Below are positions 50,215 through 64,000 of a stretch of 64,000 nucleotides of DNA, one piece after another. Source of the DNA: Paramecium tetraurelia (Eukaryota); NCBI GenBank assembly GCA_000165425.1, contig CT868396.1:270826-334825 (forward strand). Reading direction: 5' to 3'. Each line of letters opens with the position of its first letter. Positions within the stretch are counted from its first letter, which is position 1. The position numbers and the translations under genes are program-made. Below the pieces are notes generated by a model. That model was not told the DNA's origin. It was given only the letters and a program-made list of their open reading frames with translations, and made no database searches.

Positions 50215-50801
50215 ATGGATGCAATTATCCAATATGATAAGTCTGAGTTTCACGAAACATCATCTGGCATTAAAATATCTAAAAAATCAATTATCAAGGG
50301 AACTGAACAGATTAATGTAAGTGGAAGATGCATATTTTTCAATGATGTCATTTTGAGAGGAGATCTTGCCAAAGTATCAATAGGCAAATATTTGGTCGTC
50401 CATGAAAAAGTCACTCTTAAACCGTCTTACACATACGGTTACACAAAAGAATCACCTACTAAAAAAGTTATTAAATTTCTTCCTTTGATGATAAGTGATT
50501 ATGTTGAAATTGAGTCAAGTTCAATAATATAAGCAACAAAGATTGGTACATGCACATCAATTGGGAAAAATTGTTACATTGTAAGTTGCAATGAATATTT
50601 TTGTAGTCTCACAGATGCGTAATTGGAGAAAATTCGATCATTCTTGACGATTCCATATTGCCACCTGATACTGTTGTGCCTGCCAATAGTGTATTTGGAG
50701 GAAGACCAGCAGTCTACATAGCAGAAACTCCAGAATCAACAGCAATCATTTAAAAGCAAAAATTGATCAATTTTTATAAAAACTTCATGCCTAAGAGTTG
50801 A
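50215..50801 (+). CDS. DCTN5: Dynactin subunit 5 (p25)
   Basis: YDKSEFHETSSGIKISKKSIIKGTEQI...ILRGDLA...LPPDTVVP...FGGRP. Intron 50581-50606. Confidence 0.92.
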
Positions 50802-51709
50802 TATTACAATTCTATGTTTATATATAAACTACTCAACAAAAAGAATTCTATAACTCTATTGACTAATAATAATAATAGATCCATTTTATTAAACTTTTCT
50901 AAAACTAAAAGGACAATTTATTTGGAATTTCAAAGAGACTGGAATGTCTCTTAACATGCATATGAAATGATATCTAATCAGAGAGATTGATATTCTTTAT
51001 TAATATCGAATTCAATTCCAACAGTTTTTCATGTTTTTTTCTCTATATATATGAAGTAAAGACTTCTAAACAAGACACTATTTTCCTTTATCTTAATATG
51101 AATCACAAAAAAGGATTACTATTAACTAGTACTTGCATGGTAACACTTACCTTTGCATTTTTAACAAATATAATGTTGTAAACAATCAAATCAGATGAGA
51201 ATATTAATTAAAACTATCCTATAAAACCAAATAGTTAATCAAAATCAATCAAATTCTCATTATTGAAAACTAAATCTAAAAAGAATGATCATTATTATTA
51301 TCCATGACGCAAGGATAAATACAATTAGAATTGGAATCATATTGGATACATAGAATTTATTTTAAAAAATGAGATATACATTGTAGCTAGAGATGTCAAA
51401 CTTAAGAAAAATTGAATAGAAAGTATTTAAGATAGGATGACAAATATCGTTAATAAATGCTAGATTATTGATAAGAAAGTTATTGTAGCTGAAATTTAAA
51501 TTACGAAGTGATTAGATGAGTGTCAAGATTCATAACGTATGGATAAAAGAACCGAAATAAACAAGAGTTTTAAATAGTATTACAAAGTCTCTTTTTCCAT
51601 TGTGTATGCGGCATCAGTTAGAGATGAATGGTTTAATAGAGAGTTTGCTCAATTTCTTGATTTGGATGATGATGATTGTGATGATATTAATAAGTATTTA
51701 AACAAAAGA

Positions 51710-52265
51710 ATGTACCTCAGAAGTGTTACTCGTTAAGAAATGCAAGGGCAAATTGATTCGCTCAAATTGCAAATTGAGCAAGCGAGATAGAACCACGAGC
51801 GCGCACTGAAATAAATTCGGTCTGATCATTAGAAAGAGGTAAGGATGCTCACGTTTGATAGATTGCAGTTCTTTAGGATGAAATTAGAAGGACTTAGGAG
51901 ATTGTGTCCAATGTGCAGTTTTAGTAGTACTTCAAGATGAAGAATGATAACTAGAAGTTATTATAGGAGAATGCGCTGTTGAGAGATATGGTGAGGGCTT
52001 GTCAAATCACGAATTCTACAAAGGAGATGGAAGTGTCACGATTGAGATAGAAATTACGTAGGATAGAGGGACAATCGTTGGAAGTTCGAAAAGAGCCTAG
52101 TAATCAAGTATGCTTTAAGACGATATAATAAAGTCACGATAAAATGAATATTCAGTTCTTCGTAAATAATCGAATTACAGACATCCCACCTAACCATCCT
52201 TAAATGAATCGAATACAGAACCATCGCCTAAACTATTGCCTATCAAATTCAAAGTTAATTAATGA
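51710..52265 (+). CDS. Small coiled-coil hypothetical protein (~168 aa)
   Basis: QIDSLKLQIEQARQNHERALKQIRSDHQKE|IAVLQDEI. Two predicted introns. Start codon uncertain. Confidence 0.55.
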
Positions 52266-52273
52266 TATATAAT

Positions 52274-53458
52274 TCATCTCTAAGAAATCAATCGCACTTT
52301 TTAAATTCTTTTAAATTCCTGCTGTTTAATTTATTCATATTGCTAATATATGTTAAAACTGAATACATTTAATTTCTGATGTAAATTAGAATAATCAACG
52401 GTGGAGCATTGAGCTTGTTTGTTTTGAAGAAGCATCCTTTGTTTGACAAAATTTTCTAGTTTTTGCTCAAAGGTCTCTTCCTGTCTACAACTTTATTGCT
52501 AATTGTAGTTCCATTGTGAATTGCTGATAGAGGTGTTGGAATTTAATCGTTGTTTATTAGTAAGATTGAAGAAGAAGGAGAGTTGAGAGATTCTTCTGGA
52601 CTTGCTTTCATTTTACAAGCTTTTCTTTGCATTTAGCTTGCGTTTAATCAATTGGGTGTCTGATTTGAGTTGTTTAAAGAGTTTGAGATAGGCTTGTTTG
52701 TTTTGACCAATCCTATGTTCGGAGATTGTCTTTTGACTGATCAATGCTTATTTCTTCTCATGAAAATTAGTCACAGCTCTTGTTCTTTGAGTGCTTGAGT
52801 CATCAAGTGTTTTGGGATCATGTTCATTCACTGAATCCTCATAGAATTGAATTGGAGTGGATTGTTTTTCAAAAGGTTGAAATAATGATTGTTTGGTTAA
52901 ATCAGCAATTTACTAATATTGTATATTTTTGAAAGTGTTCTCCGCTTTTAATTTACATAATTCTTACGTCAATCTCTAAGAATTGAACTTGGAGAACTCA
53001 TATTTTTACATTGAAATTCTATCCCTCTCCGAAGTCATGACCCTTTAATCAGTATGACACTTTAATGTGAAACTATTCTCATGTCTGTCTTGCATATTTG
53101 TAAAACCAGAACCCAAATTGAATCTGACATCAGCAGTTCCATTTTGCCAACCATTGATTGAACCTAATAACTGCTTGGATGTTTTCATAACTCTGAAGTT
53201 GGCAGGCCCATCGTATTAACGTGTACTGTCTATCTTGCATAGTCTCCTACTTCCAAATTACAAGGCTAATTTTCTATCAACATTCTTGTATTCAAATAAA
53301 ATACATTTTCTTTGAGGAATAGAAATTGAATTGCACGATCTATTGGTGCAGGTTCTGTGGATCGCTCTCTGAATTTGGTGCATTGTCCGAAAAAAGACAC
53401 CTAAACATCTCATTGCTTTATACATCTTCTTTGGCTGCCACTTTGAGGGCTTCTTCAT
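52274..53458 (-). CDS. Hypothetical protein (~390 aa)
   Basis: 1,185-nt frame from ATG 53458 to TGA 52274-52276 in ciliate code. No family recognised. Confidence 0.65.
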
Positions 53459-53517
53459 ATTGTAGTCTTTTTCGTTGTATGTGTTTTTTTTACATTTATT
53501 TTTAGTTTAATTGAGAA

Positions 53518-55513
53518 ATGAGTTCGGGTGGAGAAACACCTAAATTGAAGAGTTAAGGATCCAGACATGACACAACTAACTCCTCCTTAGCCAACATAGG
53601 AGGAGCTCAACAAAACCTATAAGTTTTGAACGACCGCAAAGTCTTAATGATCTATGCATCAGGAGCCACTGCTGCAGAAGGCGAAGTCAGTGAATCTCAC
53701 ATGACTGTCTTAAAAGGAAGACTAGAACAAAGATTGAAAAATATTTCCTTTCTCTGTGATCTTGAATACACTTAAGTATTTAATAAACCATATCTCGAAA
53801 GTACCACAATCAAGAGGGATGTCTTACAACTCCAATATCTGAATTTGGAAGAAGAACAGTCTACAAAGTTATGGAATTGGAACAAATAACCAATTCTAGA
53901 CAAACGGTATTGATATTTCTAATATCTAGTCTTATGTTGATATCAGACACATTGCAGAAATCATCAAAGAGAATTATGAAAAATATAGTGCCTTCGTCAT
54001 TTTGAGTGGGATTGCAACTATCACTTATCTTGGCACTAACCTCTCCTTCATGTTAGAGAACCTGCAAAAAACTGTAGTAATAACTGGTTCTCTAATACCT
54101 CTGTCATTCATGAGAAATGACGCATTTTAAAATATCTTAGATTCCTTAATTTTAGCTGGCCATTTCTTGATCCCAGAAGTTGTTATAGTAATGGATCACA
54201 AAGCCTACAGGGCCAATAGGTGTAGACAATTGAAATGCGATTCCTTAGATTGTATTGAGAGTCCAAATTTTCCTCCTTTGGTAGAATTTGGAATTAATAT
54301 CGAAATTAAATGGTAATTGGTGTTAAGAAGAGGAGAACAAATGTTCACCAATGACGAAAGTACCTTAGAATTAGCCCCTCCCTTTGTGACAGACATCATT
54401 ATCATAAAGATCACACCATACACAAGTGTTGAACACATTCGACATATTTTGAATACCCCAAAATTGAGATGTTGTATATTAGAATGCTATCACTTTGGAG
54501 AAATGCCCCACAATCAGGAGTTGTATAATGTATTGTTGTATGCCCAACAACAATTGGGTATTATATTGATTCAAATATCACAATGCACTAAAGGACAACC
54601 AATCATAAACTTCAAGAAGGTAGTTAATGGCATCATTGTCTAATACGACATCACTCCAGAAAGTGCCCAAGCCAAAATAGCATACCTATTAGGCAAGGGA
54701 TATAGTTAATAAGAGATCCTTAGAAAATTCCCATAGAATTTGTAAGGAGAAACTGAATCAGTTAGACAATTCGAGAAATTCGAGGGATAAAAGCAGCATT
54801 TCATCTAAACTATATTGGAGACTCTACAGAAGACATCAGGGGATGAGTAAATTAGTCAGAATATGGACATCATGAATAAATACATCATTCCAAATCTGGG
54901 ATGCTTTCTTGCCACAACAGGGTAGTTAGAGTTGATCAAGGATCTAAGAAGGAATGAAGGCAATCTCAATATCCCTGATTTCGATGGGAGAACTGTACTT
55001 CATTTGGCTGCTGCTAATAAATAAATTGAAATCATAAAGTACTTAATTGAAGAAGTTCATGCAGAAATAAATCCAATCGATTACTTAGGATATTCCCCCA
55101 TGTATGAGGTGTTAATCAGCAGAGATAAGGAATTACTATTATTCTTCTAGTAAAATGGAGGCATCATCTCAGCACCTCATCATGTGATGGTGGATTTAAT
55201 CTTAAGTTCTGGCTTGAATGGAGATTTGTAAATGCTAGAACTCATATTTCATGGAGGAATCAAAAACCTGAATGAGTTTGTCAATGTTGATAACCGTAAC
55301 ATCGCTCATATGGCTGTCATGTCCATGAACTCAAAAATCATAAAATTCTTGAGATTTAAAGCTAAATTCGACTTTAGTGAAAGAGATCGTTGGGGTAGCA
55401 CTCCCTATGAAAATGCTATTGAAATAAAAAGCAAGAAAATTAAATTGTAAATGTTAAACGAGGTTTCTATCAATGAAATCATTGAGATGTTGGCTACAAT
55501 AGGAAATGAATGA
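53518..55513 (+). CDS. L-asparaginase I / ankyrin-repeat protein (ASPG-like architecture) with degenerate catalytic motifs, ~648 aa
   Basis: LSFMLENLQKTVVITGSLIPL...RNDA...IPEV...RANR...SPNFPPL. Ankyrin repeats DFDGRTVLHLAA, DYLGYSP, DRWGSTP. Introns 53776-53801 and 53907-53929. Confidence 0.9.
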
Positions 55514-55559
55514 TTTATTTATTAGTATGGTAATTGCTAAGATAATATACGCAAATTAT

Positions 55560-56518
55560 CAATTAGGAGGAAGCATTCCTTTAATATCATTTCAACCTTG
55601 AATGTGGCTACTTATCTATTGTAGGTGATCTAATCTAACAATCTCCTCTCTTAATTTAAATGATATCGCCTTCATTTTGGATTTCTAAAAATATTGCTAT
55701 TTAAATCTTTGCGTGTGATCATTAATTCCATTTCTCTTCCATTAAAAATATAGGATCATATTTATTATTCAATATCATTCACCATTTATTTTATTATAAG
55801 GTATTACTTTCCTTTGAAACAAATATTAATAATTTTTATTTACTACATCATACAAAACTACATCTTTTTGCAGGCACTAGTTCTAAATATTTTCGTTTTT
55901 TCTTCATCCATTTGCAAAACAAGTACAACTTCTCATTAGTTGCCTTTGCAAATTTTAGAAATGATAATTTTATTTTATACATTTCTACTTCTTATGTAGA
56001 ACTCTTTAGCAAGATTTGTAAACAATTGTAAACCGATCAAACAACGGGTAAATTTGAAATTGAATTTCATATTATATTATTTCTCATCTCAAAATCTAAA
56101 TCAGCATCATTAATGATAAATTATCTACTAATTGACCATCAACATTTCACTCTCATTAATATGAAGATAATCATAATTCCTCTTTTCTTAAATTTCCTAA
56201 AAGATCTCATCCTTCTGCATTCAACTCCTCTTCCTTATTCTACACCTTCGCTTCAACAGTATTCCTTCCTCATCCTAGTTAATATTTTGTAGGTATTTTA
56301 CTTTTCAAAATGGCCTTTCATCAAGTTTGACAATCTGACTGCCTTCTCTGCCAAAATAAAATACTAATTCAGAACCATTATAAGGGAACAATATTAGATT
56401 CAACATCAAGCGATTGGCTTAAGTCAACCTACATGGATTCCTCATTCTGTAAGAATATGTAGTTTTTTTTGGAAAATCTGAATTTTAACAAAGGATTGCT
56501 TAAACACCTTATAAGCAT
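55560..56518 (-). pseudogene. Probable decayed gene
   Basis: ATG with presequence-like MLIRCLSNPLLKFRFSKK, then coding-like fragments in shifting frames broken by TGA, plus an intron-like GTA..TAG near 56276-56302. Lower boundary approximate. Confidence 0.35.
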
Positions 56519-56539
56519 ATTTATATATTTATAAATTAT

Positions 56540-57256
56540 ATGAACAAATTATCATTGCCTACAGATACCATAGACAATGAGTTCTTTAATGAGGATGCTA
56601 TTTCAAAATCCACCATCTAGGCACTAAACAATTCCTTTGATAAGGAACAATTAGATGAATAGATTGAAAGACCATTCACACCTTTGGATGCTCAAGTTGA
56701 CTCTATACCAAAGGAATAGTGTAGATTTTGTAAGCGACAATTCTTTTAAGGAAAGTTAGCTCTACACTTACGTAGTTGTACTGCGGATCACCCTTTTCTC
56801 AAAAAATCTAATAAACAAAAAACTCAATTACCTTTAACTCAACCAGTTATTCAGCCTTGTCCTTATTGCCATAAGAAATTGAGGAATCATCAAATTCATG
56901 CTCTAAAATGTCTTGCTAGACCAAAAGCGTTAGACAAATATAAAGTCATTGCATCTATAAATGAAGAAGAAGAAGCAGATGAAACATTACTCTAGGAACT
57001 CTCCTCAAGTCAACCTACCTTTTTGCCTAAAATCAAATAGCGTCCTGAAAACTTGTTATCTCGCTCCGTGCCTATCGTTAAGTGCCCTTCCTGCCAGAAA
57101 ACATTTGAATAAAAGGCAGCTGATAAGCATATTTAACTATGCTTTCGAATGAGCAGTGGCAATAAATTTCAGAGAAGTGTATTCTGTACTAATTGTGGAA
57201 GCAAACTCGCTAATAATCATAAGTACTGTGGCTCTTGCGGAAGAAAAAGACTATGA
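56540..57256 (+). CDS. C2HC zinc-finger protein (ZC2HC1-like) with C-terminal zinc ribbon, 238 aa
   Basis: CRFCKRQF...HLRSC, CPYC...HALKC, CPSCQKTF...HIQLC, then FCTNCG...YCGSCG. Confidence 0.85.
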
Positions 57257-58389
57257 CAAAATTATAAAATTGCAATTTTATTCTCATAATTTATTATCTC
57301 ATTTTTACATTTCCTATTTAATTAATACCATTGAAATTTTTAAGTATCTCAAATTTTATATTACTTATAAATAGATCAGTCTTTACATAATAAACAATTT
57401 ATATCTTATCAATTACTCGTAATTTAGGTTCTATTACAAGAAATATAACGATATTGAGCATAAAATCAAGATTATTGATATGATAGATTACAATGTTACG
57501 ATGTGTATAAAAATTTAACTTCCAAGTTAACTTCTTACATAAGTAATATTTTATAGTTGAGGAAGATTGATAGATATGGATTCAAATATTTAAGTTATTA
57601 TTTCCTCTTTATTCATGATCTCAAACCAATCTTAATCCTTTGAAAGCCAGTGGATAAGGTCAATAATATTCATGTTTATTAAATTAATTAATAAATAATT
57701 CAAATTAATACTAAATTTGACTTATTAGGAGAATTATTAAAAGTATTTCAATAATTAAATTAGTTTATCATTGCAAATATAAAACTTAATTCGCTTTTTT
57801 TCTTATGTGATTTTTTGCCAAAGTTAGTAAAAAAGATTGATCTTAAGAATAATTTTATGTGATGCTTTTAATCAAATGATTAATAAATGATGAAGAAAAA
57901 AAAGAAATTAATTAAGTAGTCTAATTTTGGATTGCCAGAATTGTGTGAAAGATAAATTAAACAGGCTTTAGAAATTGGATTCTTTAATAAACTTGAATTT
58001 GAAACAAGAGAATATGCGAATAAGCAAAAGCGCAGATATTGGATAATAATATGGTCTATAGAGAAGAAAATGGCTATAAAAGGGAATGGGTAAATATAGA
58101 TAAGTGATAAAGAAGAAGAGAACTGTAGAAACTACTAAATTGGAGAGCAGGGGTGAGACTAAGTTTATACAAAATCAACATCGATAAGGTAAGAAACGGA
58201 GAACGATAAATTTTGATAAGAAAAGCACATTTTTTAAAGAACTTAAAAGAGAGAGGAGTCAAAAAGTATAGAGAATATGAAAATAGGAAATATGGGGTTA
58301 TGTCAAGCGGAGATATAAAAAGTGAGTGGAAATAAATAATAAACTAATGACTTTTTTTGTTTATAATATATATATTGTATTAATAATAA

Positions 58390-59881
58390 ATGTTTTAGAA
58401 TGATGGTAATGGGTAATCGCCGAATTGGTGTTCATCGGAAAGGCAGGCAGTGAAGGTAATTCGCAATAATACAAACCAATGCCCAGCAATAAAAAATCAC
58501 ACATCTGTGCATTACAAGAATTAGATATTTATATTTGGAGGATACGATTCTAAAAAGAATCACAATGACATCCATATTTATAAGGATGGGAATTGGACTA
58601 AGTGTAAAGCCAATGGGAAAATACCGGAGAGTAGGAATGGACACACGGCTACTGTTGTAGATAATAAGATGTATGTGATTGGTGGTTGGCTGGGAAGTGG
58701 AATCTATGCCAGTAGGGATGTATATGTATTAGATCTGGATTGTTTGAATTGGACACTAGTAAATACAATGGGGGAAGTATGATTACAAAATAAAGTTAAG
58801 GTTCCAGGTCCATGCAATATGCATAGTGCTGATTAGATTGGTTAGTTGATATTTATCTTCCGAGGAGGAGATGGGAAGGATTATTTGAATGATCTGCACA
58901 GTTTCAATACCAAAACCAACATGTGGAAATTAGTATAGACAGCAGAGAATTAGAGACCTCCACCAAGAGCCAATCACAGTTCTGCAGTGTGGCAAAATAA
59001 ACTGTTGATCTTTGGAGGTTGGGATGGATCCAAAAGACTGAATGATTTGCATTGTTATGATGTGACAACCAATAAGTGGTGTGAATTAAAGCCAATCCAA
59101 TCTCCGAGTGCCAGGGCAGGAATGTGCATGACGACTATTGAGAATAAGATCTATTTGTTTGGTGGCAGTGGACCATAAACTACTTGTTTTGGAGATTTGC
59201 AATGTTATGATCCTATTAAAAATGCCTGGACCACTATTGAGTTACAGGATGATGAATAATTTGATAAGGCCAGAGCAGGTCATAGTATGACTGCTATAGG
59301 TAATCTAATTTATATATTCGGTGGATCTTGTGGATCCTATTATTTCAAGGATTACTTCATCATTGATACTGATCCACCTCCAAATATTTCTGTGACTGAT
59401 TTTAATAATATCTCTTTAAACCAGTATTTCAGAGCATTTTTCAATTCGCCTAAGTACAGTGATATAATTTTTGTTGTGGAGGACAAACATTTGTATGCTC
59501 ACAAAATAGTTCTATCTCGATATGAAATGTTTAAAAAGATGTTTGAATGGGAATACAAAAATCAATAGTAGAAAGTTTACATCAATGATTGTTCGAACCA
59601 AATTTTTGAATAGTTGTTATACTTCATTTACGCTGGAGATGTAAGTGTGATTATTATTCTAGTTACAATGCGATTAATTTTAATAATCAGTTGAATTCTA
59701 CAGACAATTTTTGTAATTGGCTGATTATTATTTGATACCAGATTTGAAATCCTTGTGTGAGAAACAGTTGTCCTTATTGATTGATAACACTACATTCCCT
59801 AAAATTAAGCTCTATGCTGAACAAATGAATGCAAATTAATTGTTAAAATTTTGTGAATGGTACGAAAGCCATAATAACTGA
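58390..59881 (+). CDS. Kelch-repeat plus BTB domain protein (~481 aa)
   Basis: Six Kelch repeats (FIFGGYD, YVIGGW, LIFGGWDG, YLFGGSG, YIFGGS), then YSDIIFVVEDKHLYAHKIVLS BTB. Introns 58777-58800 and 59641-59662. Confidence 0.9.
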
Positions 59882-59911
59882 TTCTATATATATTTCTTTA
59901 ATATTTATTAA

Positions 59912-61375
59912 TCACTCAATCAGAGTTTTACTCCAAAATTAGGCATGCCATTATTTAAATTTGTTCTTGATATCTAATCTGGTTTATGTCAGAACAGCTG
60001 GGTCATTGGCAGTTGGAGCTTTCAAATCGACACAATGAGAGCAATCATCACAATCAATTAAATAAGTTGTGACTTTGCTATTATCCTTTCTGGCAAAAGG
60101 CAATGAGGCTCTTTGCCAAGGGTCTTCTCCTCCATTGGTCATAATCAAATGATCAACGTTCAATTTCAAACCTCCGAAATAGGCTTCAGTGACTCTGACA
60201 TCTGGCCATACTACTTCTCCCTAAGAATATGCATCATTGCACCACTCTCTCCACCAATCCAATGTCATTTCATAAGATCTTAAGGAATCTTTATTCTACA
60301 ATATTGAATTGTACATACCTATGGAGGTGTTTATAAGTAGGCGACCTCAGTGCAGCATTGGAAATACCATTGACGGTGTTAAGAATTCTCGTCGATGGTT
60401 TCGTTTCTTAAGTAGTAGGCACCGTATTGCTTGTAACTATCTCCTTGAGATAGAGCAATTTCTCTGATGTATTCAGCCATTCTCTCGACTGATGACAATG
60501 ACTCAAGAGTTTGACAGAACTTAGATCTCTTTCCCTATTGGACCATTTAGACGATGGTGTCAACCCAGAACCATCTGAATTCGTTGTCGGTCATCTTTCC
60601 ACATCTATAGGATTCCTTGAATGCTTATTTGGTGTTGAAGTTCTTAAGATTCTTGTCGACGAAACTATTCAACAACTGTAAGTAGAGTGGGCATCTAGTT
60701 GTTGTTAAGTGAGATATATATACTGTTCACCACTCTTGCTTGTACTCTTTCTGATTTGATCATCGAATTCCCAGAAGTCAAGGACTGTGTTGATGACTCC
60801 GCTACTGGCCAAATTACCAACAGTCAAGTGAGGGTATTTGTATCTGAACCAAGCTGACAAAGCCCCAGGATATGAGCCTCCAATTGCATACCTATGTAAA
60901 GATATCTTATGTACCATGGCAATGTAGAATCGATACTGTGAAGCTTAAGTCTCTTCATTTACAATATAAAGTAGGCGAGATCATCCAAGGCTTGATGGAC
61001 ATTTAAATAAGACAAGTTCTCCAAACTCCATGAATCAGCTCCAAATGGCTGAGATTGTCCATAGAATCTGTGTTCCAATGCAATAACAATTGCACCTAGG
61101 TCCTTAGCCAATTAGAAGGAGAATGAGTTGTCACTCACACCCTGGCAATTCCATTCTCCACAAATGTATAAGATGACTCCACCTTTAGTGGGATTAAAAT
61201 ATTAGGAATACACATGGTATCTCTATTGCCATGTCTGAGTATTGGCTGGGTCACTGTGATCCAAGAGCTATGTGAATTGAAAAGTCTCTTTAGTTTCTGT
61301 AAATGGTCCTTACGTCAACACATGAGGAGCGATTGCGTAAGAGCAAATTGTTAATGCTGACAAAATCAAATACAT
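59912..61375 (-). CDS. Secreted serine carboxypeptidase, family S28
   Basis: Signal peptide. QLLDH, ICGE, LEHRFYGQS, QALDDLA, GGSYPGALSAWFRYKYPHL, QCCTE, NGGEDPW, HCVDL. Three introns. Confidence 0.92.
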
Positions 61376-62105
61376 AATTTATTAATTAAATTACACAATA
61401 TCAATCAAATATATATATAGTGCCATCTTCTCATCGCATAAATCATCGTAATTTTAATTAATTGAAGAACTGATTCATAATCTACCATAAATAGGATAAA
61501 ATAATTCTTTGCATTGTAAACTGCTCTATCTCCTTCATTTCATATCAAATTGTAAATATTCATTAAACTTCTGAACAGACAAGTCTCATTCTTTAAAATT
61601 GATTGATCAAAGTGCACTTAATCGGAATGACTTAGATGATTTACTTCTAAAAAATGAACTTCCAGAATGTGAAGCATTTCCCTATAACTTATTTAATCAA
61701 TAGATTATTCTATTATTTTCACTTATGTCCATTGATTTCTTGGCACATTCCCTATCCTCTTAACCATATTCCTCATATGTCTTTAACAACCATTTTGTCC
61801 ATATAGATTTCGATCCCTTTCTGAAAGCTTGAGAATGAACTTCAGTTATACAAAAAAATACTTTTTCTCCTTTAACATTATTATCAATTCGGATAGAAAT
61901 CGTATTCTCAAACAAAAAGAGTAGATTGAAGGTGTCTGTTTTGGTATGAAGTCATTGGGGGTTTAGTTGAAATATTTGTAAATACGTTAATAATGAATGC
62001 TAATTGGTTCCGGTGTTTAAAACATAGATTCGGTGATGATTAACTTAAGTGATTAGTATTATAATTGCATCTGATTATGTTGATTTAAATTTTAAATTAT
62101 AATAT

Positions 62106-63211
<1,106 letters not shown>

Positions 63212-63283
63212 ACCATCATTTATTATAATAATTAAATTTAGGCATTTCATCACAATATATTTTTAATGATAAATAATAAGCAA

Positions 63284-64000
63284 ATGTCATAGATTGATCT
63301 TGCAGCTATAGAAAAAGTATTCGCTCTACTCTTGCTAAGTTGTGTCACCTATATATGGTTTACATTGGTCTCGCTTCAGTTTACAATCATATTGGCTCTG
63401 ACACTTTGTTCCCTTGCTGTTCTGTTGAAGATCAAGTGGACCAGAATTAAGAGAAAGGGATTCCTAAACAATGTCTCTCACAAACTTAGAAAGATCTTAT
63501 TGGAGAGATCCTTATTTGATATTTTGTGCGATATATGGTATTTCGAAACAATTAAGAGACATGTAAGAGTATTTTTAAGTCCATTTCTAATTAAAAAAAC
63601 CCCAGAAGAAATAATCGAATCCTTTGAAGATATCAATCCTTAATTGAAAGAGGCAATCCTTAGAAAAGGAACTATTAACTTATTCCCAGAACCAATTAAA
63701 AAGGAGTTAGTGCAAAATTACTTCTAAGAAGATGAACTACAGATTAATTAGGACAAACAATTGCATTAATAAATCATCCAACAGCCAGTCAAAGTGGAAC
63801 ATTGGGATAGATATGCCGATTATGAACAATACACATAGAGAAATAGAAAAAACAACTCTTAAACCTTGTTGCATGTCATCTCATTGTTAATGCATAAACC
63901 TATCGTACATAAGGAGAATCATAAAGTGAATCTGAGAAAGTAACTTATGGATTTTTCAACTATTTTTTAGTTTGTCCAGCAAAACCCAATCCTTATTGGT
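63284..64000 (+). CDS. Hypothetical membrane protein, runs off window end
   Basis: ATG at 63284, two N-terminal hydrophobic segments, then LLERSLFDILCDIWY. Frame open to the window edge. Confidence 0.7.

Noticed and set aside
50215..50801. Functional link between DCTN5 and the dynein or gamma-CA-like genes
   Set aside because: The dynein is axonemal-type and 37 kb away. The shared LRGDL beta-helix motif with gamma-CA reflects an ancient fold, not local duplication.
51098..51700. Long frame that continues if TGA is read as Trp (possible mitochondrial insertion or readthrough)
   Set aside because: It also contains in-frame TAA and TAG and no recognisable protein. With one stop codon, frames with sparse TGA are expected by chance.
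3148..55513. Cluster of pseudoenzymes (dynein, protease, asparaginase) as one system
   Set aside because: The families are unrelated and spread over 50 kb among housekeeping genes, with no evidence of a shared function.
61700..62025. ~108-codon minus-strand frame between the S28 peptidase and PP1
   Set aside because: No recognisable motif, and the length is attainable by chance in a one-stop code. It may be a gene remnant but is unsupported.

Overview
AT-rich, gene-dense eukaryotic DNA that reads as a ciliate macronuclear chromosome, most likely Paramecium. TAA and TAG behave as Gln, TGA is the only stop, introns are 21-34 nt GT..AG, and many intergenic gaps are under 60 nt. The supplied standard-code ORF track therefore shows only fragments, so I rebuilt genes by hand with the ciliate code and checked frames by coordinate. 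About 27 genes are supported. They include a short membrin-like SNARE, a ~3,400 aa divergent dynein heavy chain, RPS21, a four-domain truncated-globin protein, a CDPK, two tandem PAS/multipass membrane genes, gamma-CA-like, two tandem LRR/multipass membrane genes, Mpo1-like, BLOC1S2-like, BAR-PH, an aspartic-protease-like protein, DCTN5, asparaginase-ankyrin, a C2HC zinc finger, Kelch-BTB, an S28 peptidase and PP1. The most interesting signals are the four-globin polyprotein and three apparent pseudoenzymes: a dynein with a degenerate AAA1 ATPase site, an asparaginase and a pepsin-like protein. The LRR-multipass pair, a premature TGA in the CDPK, and three stopless 3n introns in PP1 also stand out. 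I saw no rRNA, tRNA, CRISPR array, telomeric repeat or transposon. All family assignments come from recognising motifs by eye, not from database searches.
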